The notes beneath the pieces were generated by a model that worked only from the letters and a program-made list of their open reading frames with translations, was not told the DNA's origin and made no database searches. Made by a program: the position numbers and the translations under genes. A stretch of 27,424 nt of DNA from Halobacteriaceae archaeon (GTDB lineage Archaea; Halobacteriota; Halobacteria; Halobacteriales; Halobacteriaceae): the NCBI GenBank assembly GCA_042216675.1, contig JBDGTS010000012.1, positions 1 through 27,424 on the forward strand, given 5' to 3'. Positions within the stretch are counted from its first letter, which is position 1. Every line of letters begins with the position of its first letter. This document shows, piece after piece, positions 7,415 to 17,103 of this stretch.

Positions 7415-9045
7415 CAGGCGCTCACCTCCTGTTCGGCGGCGGCGATGGCCTGCACCAGTCCGACGAACGGCGGACTCGCGCGGCCCGGCCGGGAGCGGAA
7501 CTCGGGGTGGAACTGCGTCCCGAAGAAGAACGGGTGGTCGGGCAGTTCCAGAATCTCCATGCGATTGCCGGCGGTGCCGGAGAAGACCAGCCCCGCGTCT
7601 TCGAGGTCGTCGATGTACTCGGGGTTCACCTCGTAGCGGTGGCGGTGGCGCTCCGTGCAGGAGTCGGCGTCGTACAGGTCCGCGGCGAGCGTGTCCGGTT
7701 CGATGTGCGTCTCGTGAGCGCCCAGCCGCATCGTCCCGCCGAGGTCTTCGAGGTCGTACTGCTCGGGGAGCAAGTCGATGACCGGGTGCGGCGTCTCCTC
7801 GTCGAGTTCGGCGGAGTGAGCGTCCGCCAACCCGAGGACGTTCCGCGCGTACTCGACGACCGAGAGCTGGAAGCCGAGACAGAGACCGAGCAGGGGAACG
7901 CCGTTCTCGCGGGCGTAGCGGATGGCCTCGATTTTCCCCTCCGTGCCCCGACTGCCGAAGCCGCCGGGGATGACGATGCCGTCCACGTCGCGGAGTTCCT
8001 CGAGGTCGCCCTCGGCCACGTCCTCGGAGTGGATCCACGTCGTGTTCACGTCGACGCGCTGGTCGAGGCCGGCGTGCTTGAGCGACTCGTGGATGGAGAT
8101 GTAGGCGTCTTCGAGGCCGTACTTACCGACGAGAGCCACGTCGATTTCGCCCGTCGTGTCGCGGGTGACGAGGTCCCGCCACTCGTTGTGACGCTCCACC
8201 TCGGGGAGGGCGTCGTCGGCCATGCCGAGTTCGTCCATCACGTACTCGTCGAGGCCCTCCTCCTCGACGACGAGGGGGACGTGGTAGATGTCCTCGACGT
8301 CGGGGTTCGAGAAGACGGCGTCCGTGGGCACGTCACAGAAGAGCGCGATTTTCTCTTTCGTCTCGGGGTCGAGTTTGTCGTCACACCGGCCCACGAGGAT
8401 GTCCGGTTGGAGGCCGATAGAGCGCAGTTCCTTCACGCTGTGCTGGGTGGGCTTGGTCTTCTGCTCGCCGTTCTTCGAGTAGGGGACGAGGGTGACGTGA
8501 GTGAGAAGCATGTCGTCGTCGTCCTCCTCGTGAGCGAACTGGCGGAGCGCTTCGAGGTAGGGCATCCCCTCGATGTCGCCGACGGTGCCACCGACTTCGA
8601 CGATGCAGACGTCGGTGCCTTCCGCGGCCTCGCGGATGCGTCGCTTGATGTCGTCGGTGATGTGGGGGATGATCTGGACGGTCTTCCCGAGGTAGTCACC
8701 GGCGCGTTCGCGTTCGATGACCTCGCGGTACACCTTCCCCGTCGTCACGTTGTGGTCGGCGGTCATGTCGACCCCGAGGAACCGCTCGTAGTTCCCCAGA
8801 TCGAGGTCGACTTCGGCGCCGTCCTTGAGGACGTACACCTCGCCGTGTTGGAACGGGTTCATCGTGCCCGCGTCGACGTTGAGATACGGGTCGATTTTGA
8901 CGGCGGTCACGTCGAACCCGGCGTTGGCGAGCAGTCGGCCCGTACTCGCCGCCGTGATGCCCTTCCCGAGTCCGGACATCACGCCCCCGGTGACGAAAAT
9001 GAACTTGTTTCCCAGCGTGGGGTCGTATCCGGTTTCCGTCGGCAT
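7414..9045 (-). CDS. pyrG: CTP synthase
   Basis: [78 protein letters not shown]. Start at ATG 9045. Confidence 0.98.
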   Translation of the reverse strand: MPTETGYDPTLGNKFIFVTGGVMSGLGKGITAASTGRLLANAGFDVTAVKIDPYLNVDAGTMNPFQHGEVYVLKDGAEVDLDLGNYERFLGVDMTADHNVTTGKVYREVIERERAGDYLGKTVQIIPHITDDIKRRIREAAEGTDVCIVEVGGTVGDIEGMPYLEALRQFAHEEDDDDMLLTHVTLVPYSKNGEQKTKPTQHSVKELRSIGLQPDILVGRCDDKLDPETKEKIALFCDVPTDAVFSNPDVEDIYHVPLVVEEEGLDEYVMDELGMADDALPEVERHNEWRDLVTRDTTGEIDVALVGKYGLEDAYISIHESLKHAGLDQRVDVNTTWIHSEDVAEGDLEELRDVDGIVIPGGFGSRGTEGKIEAIRYARENGVPLLGLCLGFQLSVVEYARNVLGLADAHSAELDEETPHPVIDLLPEQYDLEDLGGTMRLGAHETHIEPDTLAADLYDADSCTERHRHRYEVNPEYIDDLEDAGLVFSGTAGNRMEILELPDHPFFFGTQFHPEFRSRPGRASPPFVGLVQAIAAAEQEVSA

Positions 9046-9152
9046 ACCGTGTGTGCGCGAGGCGGCGCAAAAACCGTTTCGGGAAGGGACCCGCCGCGAC
9101 ACGCGCTGACACGGGGCGCAAACATTTGTGGCTCGCGCCCGAACACGGTAGT

Positions 9153-9860
9153 ATGGGACTCCTCGCACGCCTCTCGTACGCCGTCCGGGCGAAGATGAAC
9201 GCGGCCGTCTCGCGCGCCGAGGACCCGAGCGAGACGCTGGACTACTCCTACGAGCGACTCCGCGACCAACTGCAGGACGTGAAACGCGGCATCGCCGACC
9301 TCACGACACAGCAAAAGCGCCTGGAGATGCGACGGCGCCGCCTCGCCGACAACGTCGAGAAACACGACGAACAGGCCCGCGAGGCCGTCCGGCAGGACCG
9401 CGACGACTTGGCGCGCCGGGCGCTGGAGAAAAAGGAGCGCAAGGAAGACCAAATCGAGGACCTCGACGCGCAAATCGACGACGTGGCCGAGACCAAGCAG
9501 GACCTCGTGGCGAAAAAAGAGGACCTCGAACGCCGCATCCGCGAGTTCCGCACGAGAAAGGAGACGATGAAGGCGCGCTACGAGGCGGCCGAAGCCAGCG
9601 CGCGGGTCTCCGAGGCCGTCACCGGTGCGGGCGAGGAGTTCGACGACGTGACCCGCGCCGTCGAGCGAGCGACCGAACAGACCGCGGAGATGGAGGCCCG
9701 CGCCGCCGCGCTCGACGACCTCGAATCGGCCGGCGTCTTCGAGTCGACGCTCGGGGAGGCGTCACCCATCGACGAGGAACTCGCCGACGAGCGGTCCTCG
9801 GCGGGCGTCGAGGCCGAACTCGAAGCCATCAAGGAAGACGTCGAGACGGAGGCGGCGTAG
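9153..9860 (+). CDS. pspA: PspA/IM30 family protein
   Basis: N-terminal amphipathic [16 protein letters not shown]...AEDP, long coiled coil with A..AV...[12 protein letters not shown] and EARAAA. Start at ATG 9153. Confidence 0.92.
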   Translation: MGLLARLSYAVRAKMNAAVSRAEDPSETLDYSYERLRDQLQDVKRGIADLTTQQKRLEMRRRRLADNVEKHDEQAREAVRQDRDDLARRALEKKERKEDQIEDLDAQIDDVAETKQDLVAKKEDLERRIREFRTRKETMKARYEAAEASARVSEAVTGAGEEFDDVTRAVERATEQTAEMEARAAALDDLESAGVFESTLGEASPIDEELADERSSAGVEAELEAIKEDVETEAA

Positions 9861-9902
9861 CGGGGTGACCACCGTTTTGGGGCTGGCGCTGCACCTGCGC
9901 CC

Positions 9903-10925
9903 ATGAGCGACGCCTCGCGGCCGGGCGACACGATGCGGGAGCGAGTGCCCGACGGCCGCGTGAAACTGTGGCTATTGCTCGGCGCCAGTCGAATCAGCGT
10001 CGTCGCTGTCCTGCTCGGGGTCATCTTCGTCGTCGTCGTCGGCGTCGGCGTCCTCCGCCCGGGCTTCCCGACGGGTGGCGACCCCATCGAGACGCTTGGG
10101 CAGGCGTACGTCACGGCCATCATCACCGGCGTCACCCTCGTCGTCACCATCAGTCAGGTCGTCCTCTCGCAGGAACTCGGCGCCGTCGGCGACCAGCGAG
10201 AGCGGATGGCCGAGGCGACGGCGTTCCGGAGCGACGTGGCCGACGCCGTCGACGCGCCGGTAGCCCCGCCCGAACCCTCGGCGTTCCTGCGCGCACTCGT
10301 CGAAGCCACCGCGGACCGGGCCACGACGCTTCGCGAGGCCGTCGACGACGCCGAGGACGAGCGACTCCGGACACGGGCCACCGACTACGCCGAGAGCATC
10401 GGCGAGAACGCCGACTCGGTGGGTGCGGCCCTCGACGGCGCTCAGTTCGGCACGTTCGCCGTGCTGTACGCGGCGCTGGACTTCAACTACTCGTGGAAAA
10501 TCTACGAGGGGCGACGGCTCCGGCACGAACACGCCGACGCGATGCCCGCGGAGGCCGAGGACGCCCTCGACGGCCTCGTGGAGACGCTGGAGTTCTTCGG
10601 GCCGGCCCGCGAGCACTTCAAGACGCTCTACTTCCAGTGGGAACTCATCAATCTCTCGCGGGTGATGCTGTACGCCGCGGCGCCGGCCCTCCTCGTCGCG
10701 GCGTCGATGGTCCTCTTCCTCGACGGTGTGACCGTCGTCGGACGGACGGCGGGCGTCAGCAATCTCCTCTGGGTCGTCGCCGGTGCGTCGGCCGTCGCCT
10801 CCCTGCCGTTCGCGGTGTTCGGGGCCTACGTCCTCCGCATCCTCACCGTCGCGAAGCGAACGCTCGCCATCGGGCCGTTCGTCCTCCGCGCGACCCAGCG
10901 CACCGACGACATCGACTGGGAGTGA
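9903..10925 (+). CDS. Hypothetical integral membrane protein (2 TM, soluble helical region, 2 TM)
   Basis: 340 aa with haloarchaeal codon usage, hydrophobic segments at both ends and an acidic central domain. Confidence 0.8.
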   Translation: MSDASRPGDTMRERVPDGRVKLWLLLGASRISVVAVLLGVIFVVVVGVGVLRPGFPTGGDPIETLGQAYVTAIITGVTLVVTISQVVLSQELGAVGDQRERMAEATAFRSDVADAVDAPVAPPEPSAFLRALVEATADRATTLREAVDDAEDERLRTRATDYAESIGENADSVGAALDGAQFGTFAVLYAALDFNYSWKIYEGRRLRHEHADAMPAEAEDALDGLVETLEFFGPAREHFKTLYFQWELINLSRVMLYAAAPALLVAASMVLFLDGVTVVGRTAGVSNLLWVVAGASAVASLPFAVFGAYVLRILTVAKRTLAIGPFVLRATQRTDDIDWE

Positions 10926-10926
10926 G

Positions 10927-11820
10927 TCAGAGCGACCACACCGACACCGTCCAGAAGTCGTCGACGGCGGCCGCAAGCGCCTCCTCCGGGTCGCCGGTGG
11001 CGTCGGCGGGCGCCGTCTCGTCGGCCACGTCCGCGAACTCGTGGAGGAGCGACGTTTCCCCGACGACGAACACCCGGTCGGCGTCGGCGTCGGCGATGGC
11101 GTCCCGGCACTTCTCGACGTGGTCCGCGATTTGGCCCTCGCGGAGGCGCTCGAAGCGGCCCTGCGAGAAGCCGCCTTTCGAGTGGCCGCCCTTGACCGCG
11201 GAGGTGAAGCCCCGCGCCGCCACCCGTTCCCGGCCGTCGAAGACGCCGAGTGCGAACAGGTCCGAGCGCACGAGAGCGACAGCGTGGCGACCGACGGGCC
11301 GGACCCACGGGGCCTCGATGCGGAACGACTCGCCCCACTCAGTGAAGGCGTCGGGCGCGACGGGTGGGTCGATGGCCGCGGCGACCACGTTCGCGTCGTC
11401 CACGCAGACGAGACACGGCGCGGCGCGGGCGACGAGAGGCGTCCGCTCGCCGAGGGCGTCCCGCACGGCGTCCGGCACGGCGCTCCCGTCGGGTACCATC
11501 GCCGTCAGCGCGCCCTCCGGTCCCGTCTCGACGCTCCGCAGGCGCGAGAGAACCTCGTCGCGGCGCTCGCCGCGCAGGTTTTCGTGGGCACGAAACGACG
11601 GGCCGCCGCCCTCTCCGCCGGCGCGTTCCACCCGGTCTTCGAGTTCCGTCACCCGGTCTTCGAGGCGGTTGACCCGTTCTTCGGCGGACTGGCGTTCCGT
11701 CACGGCGTCCGCGCGGCGCTCTTGCTCGGCCTCGAGCTGCTCGCGGAGCGACTCGTTCTCGGCTTCGAGGTCCGCGATGCGCTCTTTCAGGCTCGCCCGG
11801 CCGAGCAACTCGTCCAGCAT
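10927..11820 (-). CDS. Vms1/Ankzf1-like (VLRF1) peptidyl-tRNA hydrolase / release-factor homolog
   Basis: N-terminal coiled coil; VALVRSDLFALG followed by VKGGHSKGGFSQGRFERLR, a GGxSQ catalytic loop of the eRF1/VLRF1 fold. Confidence 0.8.
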   Translation of the reverse strand: MLDELLGRASLKERIADLEAENESLREQLEAEQERRADAVTERQSAEERVNRLEDRVTELEDRVERAGGEGGGPSFRAHENLRGERRDEVLSRLRSVETGPEGALTAMVPDGSAVPDAVRDALGERTPLVARAAPCLVCVDDANVVAAAIDPPVAPDAFTEWGESFRIEAPWVRPVGRHAVALVRSDLFALGVFDGRERVAARGFTSAVKGGHSKGGFSQGRFERLREGQIADHVEKCRDAIADADADRVFVVGETSLLHEFADVADETAPADATGDPEEALAAAVDDFWTVSVWSL

Positions 11821-11852
11821 GGGCGAACCAGCGGCCGCGGCCCCGAAAAATC

Positions 11853-12188
11853 CTACGGGGTCGCGGGAAGGAACTGGGCGGCTCGGCCCGCCTTCGCCAA
11901 CAGCACTTCCTTCAGCGTCGGCGGATTGCGGACGCGCGTGTCTTCTAACACGTCTTCGGGGACCGCGAGCGTCTGCTCGGGCACGGCAGGGTCGCCGTGG
12001 ACCGCGAGGTGTGTCGTGTCCACCTTCATCACGAGCGGAGTGTCGACGCGCTCGACGCCCTCACCCGTGGTGTACAGTTGGCGATTGACCTGCTCGTGTT
12101 CGGACGCCTGCATCAGCGTCCGGTCGCCGTCGTGGGGCTCGACGTAGAGCCGCCCCAAGTAGTATCCGCTGGAGAACGGCTCGAACAT
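11853..12188 (-). CDS. Conserved haloarchaeal hypothetical protein (DUF5802-like)
   Basis: MFEPFSSGYYLGRLYVEP...PLVMK...EVLLAKA; TATA-like CTTAAC about 27-32 nt upstream supports start 12188. Family name is from recall. Confidence 0.78.
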   Translation of the reverse strand: MFEPFSSGYYLGRLYVEPHDGDRTLMQASEHEQVNRQLYTTGEGVERVDTPLVMKVDTTHLAVHGDPAVPEQTLAVPEDVLEDTRVRNPPTLKEVLLAKAGRAAQFLPATP

Positions 12189-12285
12189 GCGTGTCAACCT
12201 CTGGCACGGATACGGTTAAGTGTTGCTCCAATCCACCGCCGGCGGGCAGACACCCTTTTTTGTGCTCGTCACCTAGTCCGCATCG

Positions 12286-12951
12286 ATGGACTCAGGGGCG
12301 CTACTGGACCTGCTCGGCAACGAGAATCGGCGCCGCATCCTGCGGCTCCTGTCCCAGAAGCCCTGTTACGTCACGGAAATCAGCGACTACCTCGGGGTCA
12401 GCCCGAAGGCAGTCATCGACCACCTCCAGCGACTCGAGGAGGCGGGTCTCGTCGAGAGCCGCGTCGACGACAGGCGGCGCAAGTACTTCCACATCTCGCG
12501 GAACCTGCGTCTGGAGGTGAACGTCTCGCCGTACTCCTTCGGCATGAAGAGCGCCTATCCGGCGAGCGCGAACCTCGATTTGACCCGCTGTCACTACCTC
12601 TCGGTCGAAGTCGAGAACGGCGAGGCGGATGCCGCGGACGAGGGTGGGGTCAGCGACCTCGCCGCCGAACTCGACCGCCTCGAAGAACTGGAGCGGGAAC
12701 TCTCCCTCGCCCAGCGCTGGGTGCAGGGCCGCATCGCGGACGTGCAGGACCGCATCGCCGACTCCTTCGAGGAGGACGTGGACGAGCGGCTGTTCGCGGC
12801 CGTCCTCCGCGCCGTCGCCGACGGGTCGCACACGACGGACGACGTCGCCGAGGCCGTGGGCGCCCCGCGCGAGGTGGTCGCGGAGGCGCTCTCGGACCTC
12901 CGGGAGAGCGGCCACGTCCGGCGCGGGGACGAGGGCTGGACCTTAGTGTAG
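12286..12951 (+). CDS. ArsR/SmtB-type HTH regulator with coiled coil and second C-terminal wHTH
   Basis: LLDLLGNENRRRILRLL..KPCYVTEISDYLGVSPKAVIDHL..LEEAGLV...RRKYF; T6 box 25-30 nt upstream. Confidence 0.9.
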   Translation: MDSGALLDLLGNENRRRILRLLSQKPCYVTEISDYLGVSPKAVIDHLQRLEEAGLVESRVDDRRRKYFHISRNLRLEVNVSPYSFGMKSAYPASANLDLTRCHYLSVEVENGEADAADEGGVSDLAAELDRLEELERELSLAQRWVQGRIADVQDRIADSFEEDVDERLFAAVLRAVADGSHTTDDVAEAVGAPREVVAEALSDLRESGHVRRGDEGWTLV

Positions 12952-13338
12952 CGGCCGGGTGAGGCCGGCCCGCAGGTCGCGGCCGAGATAGTGCCCGAGA
13001 GCGCCCGCACCCGCTCCGACGGCCGCACCGGCGGTCAGAATCGGTGGACCGGCCCAGACGAGCGTCGTCACCGCGCGGTCGAACAGCGCCGTCACGCCGC
13101 CGCCGAGCGCTCCGGCCGCGGCGACTTCGGCGTAGCGTCGCCGGCCGGCCGCGCCGACCGTGAAGCCCCCGGCGCCGGCGCCGACGGCGGCCCCCACGTC
13201 GCCGAGTACCGGCACTGAAATCCCGGCGACGGCGAGACCCACCGTGGCCACGAGAACGATCAGGAACGGCCGCAGTGCGAACAGGCCGGCCAGACGCGCC
13301 CGGAGGCCGGGGTCGTGCGTGCCGGTGTCACGCGCCAT
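12943..13338 (-). CDS. Small hydrophobic Gly/Ala-rich membrane protein
   Basis: About four hydrophobic segments; C-terminal GHYLGRDLRAGLTRPL; divergent from gatD. Confidence 0.7.
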   Translation of the reverse strand: MARDTGTHDPGLRARLAGLFALRPFLIVLVATVGLAVAGISVPVLGDVGAAVGAGAGGFTVGAAGRRRYAEVAAAGALGGGVTALFDRAVTTLVWAGPPILTAGAAVGAGAGALGHYLGRDLRAGLTRPLH

Positions 13339-13419
13339 GCGTACGTTACGTGAGCCACCGCCTTGTCACTGCCGGCGCGAACGGGTGCTTTCAAGTCCGC
13401 CGACCGGGAACGGACGTCC

Positions 13420-14688
13420 ATGAACGCAGGCGACAGAGTCCGCGTGGAGCGCGCGGACCACACGTACGAGGGCGTCCTGATGCCCTCCTCGACGCCGGAG
13501 ACGGCCGTGGTCAAACTCGACGGCGGGTACAACGTCGGCATCGACCGCGCGGACGCCGCGGTCGAAGTCCTCGAATCGGGCGTTTACGACGTCGAAGCGG
13601 CCGAGGCCGGCGGCGGCGCCGGCGAGGGCGGGGCCACCGAAGTCGAGTTCGACCCGGAACTGCCGACGATAGCGCTTATCTCGACGGGCGGCACCATCGC
13701 CTCGACGGTTGACTACCGCACGGGCGCCGTCACCGCGCAGTTCGACGCCGAGGACGTCCTGCGGGCGGTGCCGGACCTGGCGGGCCGCGCGAACTACCGG
13801 GGGCGCGTCGTCACGAACATCCTCAGCGAGAACATGACGCCGACGGTGTGGCAGGACCTCGCACGCGCCGTCCACGCCGAAATCGAGGCCGGCGCCGACG
13901 GCGTCGTCGTGATGCACGGCACCGACACGATGCAGCACTCCGCGTCCGCGCTCTCCTTCATGCTCGACACGCCCGTCCCCGTCGTGTTCACCGGGAGCCA
14001 GCGCTCCGCGGACCGTCCCTCCTCGGACAACGTGATGAACGCAGTGAGTGCCGTCGAGGCGGCGAAGGCCGACCACTCCGAGGTGCTCATCTGCATGCAC
14101 GCCGACTCCTCCGACGAGCGATGTGCGCTCCACCGGGGCACCCGCGCCCGGAAGGCCCACACCTCGCGCCGTGACGCCTTCGAAACCGTCGGTCGCTCGC
14201 CGCTCGGCTACGTGGACTACGACGTGGAGGGCGAGGAGACGGTGCGCTTCCGCCGAGACCACGCCGAACGCGGCGCGACGGACCTCGCCATCGACGCGGC
14301 ACTCGACCCGGACGTCCACCTCGTGAAGTTCTCGCCGGGGATGGACGTCCGCTTCCTCGACGCCTGCGAGGGCGCGGCCGGCGTCGTCGTCGAGGGCACC
14401 GGCCTCGGCCACGTCTCGACGAACCTCGTGGACCGCATCGAGAGCCTCGTGGACGACGGCACCCTCGTCGTGATGACCAGCCAGTGCATCGAGGGACGGG
14501 TCTGTGACCGCGTGTACGAGACGGGCCGGGACCTCCTCGACGCCGGCGTCATCGAGGGCGAGGACATGCTTCCCGGCACCGCTCGGGTGAAACTGATGTG
14601 GGCGCTGGCGAACAGCGAACCCGTCGCCGAGACGATGCGCACGCCCGTCGCGGGCGAACTCACCGGGCGCTCAGCGCCGTGGCTCTAG
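13420..14688 (+). CDS. gatD: Glu-tRNA(Gln) amidotransferase subunit D
   Basis: N-terminal KLDGGYNVGI domain, ISTGGTIASTVDYRTGAV, MHGTDT, GSQRSADRPSSD, HTSRRDAF, GTGLGHV. Start at ATG 13420. Confidence 0.96.
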   Translation: MNAGDRVRVERADHTYEGVLMPSSTPETAVVKLDGGYNVGIDRADAAVEVLESGVYDVEAAEAGGGAGEGGATEVEFDPELPTIALISTGGTIASTVDYRTGAVTAQFDAEDVLRAVPDLAGRANYRGRVVTNILSENMTPTVWQDLARAVHAEIEAGADGVVVMHGTDTMQHSASALSFMLDTPVPVVFTGSQRSADRPSSDNVMNAVSAVEAAKADHSEVLICMHADSSDERCALHRGTRARKAHTSRRDAFETVGRSPLGYVDYDVEGEETVRFRRDHAERGATDLAIDAALDPDVHLVKFSPGMDVRFLDACEGAAGVVVEGTGLGHVSTNLVDRIESLVDDGTLVVMTSQCIEGRVCDRVYETGRDLLDAGVIEGEDMLPGTARVKLMWALANSEPVAETMRTPVAGELTGRSAPWL

Positions 14689-15797
14689 GCCCGTTCTTCG
14701 AGGCTCCGAATCGTCTCTGGTCGCGCGACGACGTACAGCGACTCGCCCGCCGCGAGCGGCCGGTCTCGCGACGGAATCGGTTCGACGCCGCCCGCCGCGT
14801 CGCGCACGGCCACCACGTTCGCGTCCACGTCGCCGACCCTCGACCCGACCAGCGCGCTCTCGGGGCCGAGCGTCACCGCCGCTATCGTCTCGTCGGCGGC
14901 CCGGAGTAGCGACGCGAACTCGCGTTCGGCGCGCGGTTCGACGGGCAGGGTGACGAGGCGGTAGTCGCCGCCGGCGAGCGTCCGCGCCTCCGGCACGTCG
15001 CAGGCCACCGTCACTACGTCCCCGGCCGTCGCGCGCACCTCCGCTGTCGCGACGCGCTGGGGGTCGGGGCCGCGTTCGTACACCTGCACGACGTCGCCGG
15101 GGCTCGCGGCGTTCGGCGGGTCCGCGCGGATGGGGACGGCCGCCGCCCCCGGCGCCAGCGTCGGTCCGATGCCGGCCTGTCGCGCGCCCAGTCCGAGGGC
15201 GACGAGTTCCCGGTCCTCGAACTCCGCGTCGACGTAGCCCACCTCGTACTCCTCTTTGAGACGCGCCGCGAGTCGCTCCCTGAGAGCGTCCGTGGCGACA
15301 CGCCGCGGGAACACGAGCGTCGTGCCCGCCAACTGGGACTTCGTCGTCTCCGGCACCGGGTCGTACCCGTCGATGTCCGAAATCTCGTCGGGCACGGTGA
15401 GCGTCGTCACGCGGCCCACGGTTCGGGCGAGGCGACCCACTTCGCCGTCGAGTTCACGGGCGCCGCTCACCGAGACGAAATCCCGGGCCACCCTGTCGCC
15501 CGCGGCGTGGCCGGCCGGCGTCACCATCGCCGCGGCCGCCAGCGCCGCGGTGTTGAACAGGACCGGGCCGGCGGAGAGGACCTGCGTCTCGCCGAGGACG
15601 ACCTGTCCGAGCGACGTGCGGACGTTGAGGTACAGCGCCGCCGCCGCGAGGCCGACGAGCAAGCTCACCCCCCGGTCGAGGGCGTCGCGCGTGAACAGGC
15701 GATAGACGAGTGCCGACATCGCCGCGCCGACGCCGGCGAGGACGGCGACGCCGACGACGCGCGTGCCGTACAGAGTGAGGAGGTCGGCGAGCGCCAC
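14685..15797 (-). CDS. Membrane protein with C-terminal TrkA-C (RCK_C) domain, paralog 2
   Basis: Three to four N-terminal TM segments; C-terminal 'ESALVGSRVGDV...VVAVR....IPSRDRPLAAGESLYVV'; GTG start abuts the upstream stop. Confidence 0.85.
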   Translation of the reverse strand: MALADLLTLYGTRVVGVAVLAGVGAAMSALVYRLFTRDALDRGVSLLVGLAAAALYLNVRTSLGQVVLGETQVLSAGPVLFNTAALAAAAMVTPAGHAAGDRVARDFVSVSGARELDGEVGRLARTVGRVTTLTVPDEISDIDGYDPVPETTKSQLAGTTLVFPRRVATDALRERLAARLKEEYEVGYVDAEFEDRELVALGLGARQAGIGPTLAPGAAAVPIRADPPNAASPGDVVQVYERGPDPQRVATAEVRATAGDVVTVACDVPEARTLAGGDYRLVTLPVEPRAEREFASLLRAADETIAAVTLGPESALVGSRVGDVDANVVAVRDAAGGVEPIPSRDRPLAAGESLYVVARPETIRSLEERA

Positions 15798-17024
15798 TCA
15801 GACCACCGCCTCCCCGAGTCGCTCGAACGCGTCGCGCGTCCCGACGACGAACAGGTCGTCCGCCGACCGGAGCGGCGTGTCGCCGCGCGGCGCCAGTGTC
15901 CACCTGCCCCCGCTCTTCACGCCGAGGACGGCCACGGCGTACGTCTCGCGCAGATTCGCCTCGCCGATCGTCACGCCGTCGAGGGGGCCGCCGTCGGCCA
16001 CGGTGACCCGGCGGAAGCGCTGGCCGGCCCGCCGGAGGAGACCGAGCAGTTCGTACTCGTGGCGGGTCCCCCGCGAGGTGACGAGGACGCGCCCGCTCTC
16101 GACAGCCAGCAGGGTGTCCGCGTCGGCGCGGTCCACGGCCACCGTCAGTCGCCCCTCCCCGCCCGTCGTGGACGGGGCACGAACCGGTGCCGCGGGCGGT
16201 TCTTCGCCTGCGACCGGTTCGGCCGGTGGTTCGGCCGCCGGCGCCGCCTCCTCCGACCGGGCGCTGACGACGGTGCCCGACACCGTCGTCTCGCCAGTCA
16301 TGACCCGCACCTCGTCGCCCCGCGCGAGGCCGGTGGGAAGCAGTCCGTCGACCGAGACGGCCCGCTTGCCCGCCGGGACGCGCCGCGAGAGGGCCGATGC
16401 CGGCGGTGCGGCGCTGACGGTGGCCCGGGCCTCCTCGTCGATTGTCACCGCGGCGTCGGCCACGTCGAACTCCTCGCGCAGACGGTCCACGAACTGCGAT
16501 TCGAGGTCGTCGAGGGGCGCGTTCGCCGGGAACGTCCACTCGACGGCGGCGATCTCGGCCCGCACGTCCTCGGGAAGCGGCGGGTAGCCTTCGAGGTCGT
16601 CGACCGGACCGATGACGGTGACGGTCACGCGTCCCCGCCCGCCGACGAGTTCGACCACGTCGGCCGAGAGCGTTCGCTCGCGGAGCGACCGGAGCGAGAC
16701 GTGACGGGGGAGCGCCGCCCCGAACTTGTCGCCGTGGTTGTGCGTGTAGAACGCGAGCATCATCACCACCAACAGCGCGGTGACGAGGGTGACGCTGTTC
16801 TGTGACCCGACGACCGTCGGGTCGTTGAACGCCATGAAGCCGCCGTTGACGCCCGCGAGCGCCACCGCCAACACGACGACGGCGAACGCCGGCACGGTGA
16901 GGCCGGTCACGTAGCGGAACAGGACCGCGAGCGCCCACGTCACCAGCGCGGGCAGGATGCCGGCCAGAACCCCGAGATACACCCCGAGGAGAATTCGGAC
17001 TGGCAGCGTCTCCGGAAGTGCCAT
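15798..17024 (-). CDS. Membrane protein with C-terminal TrkA-C (RCK_C) domain, paralog 1
   Basis: N-terminal TM bundle; C-terminal 'GPLDGVTIGEANLRETYAVAVLGVK......PRGDTPLRSADDLFVVG', a canonical RCK_C pattern. Confidence 0.88.
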   Translation of the reverse strand: MALPETLPVRILLGVYLGVLAGILPALVTWALAVLFRYVTGLTVPAFAVVVLAVALAGVNGGFMAFNDPTVVGSQNSVTLVTALLVVMMLAFYTHNHGDKFGAALPRHVSLRSLRERTLSADVVELVGGRGRVTVTVIGPVDDLEGYPPLPEDVRAEIAAVEWTFPANAPLDDLESQFVDRLREEFDVADAAVTIDEEARATVSAAPPASALSRRVPAGKRAVSVDGLLPTGLARGDEVRVMTGETTVSGTVVSARSEEAAPAAEPPAEPVAGEEPPAAPVRAPSTTGGEGRLTVAVDRADADTLLAVESGRVLVTSRGTRHEYELLGLLRRAGQRFRRVTVADGGPLDGVTIGEANLRETYAVAVLGVKSGGRWTLAPRGDTPLRSADDLFVVGTRDAFERLGEAVV

Positions 17025-17103
17025 GGCGGTATCTGCGCCGCCGTGACTAAACCACTACCGGCGCGGCGTCGGGTTTATGCCGCGCTCGGACCCACTCGGG
17101 GGT

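Noticed and set aside
6497-8038. Apparent 513-aa full-length (fused) GuaA
   Set aside because: The first ~208 aa are an alternative frame of pyrG; the real start is ATG 7414 with an SD. Split GMP synthase is normal in archaea.
9968-12088. 706-aa ORF, and 680-aa ORF at 21072-23114
   Set aside because: Arg/Ser/Ala-rich off-frame read-through across several real genes; composition unlike acidic haloarchaeal proteins.
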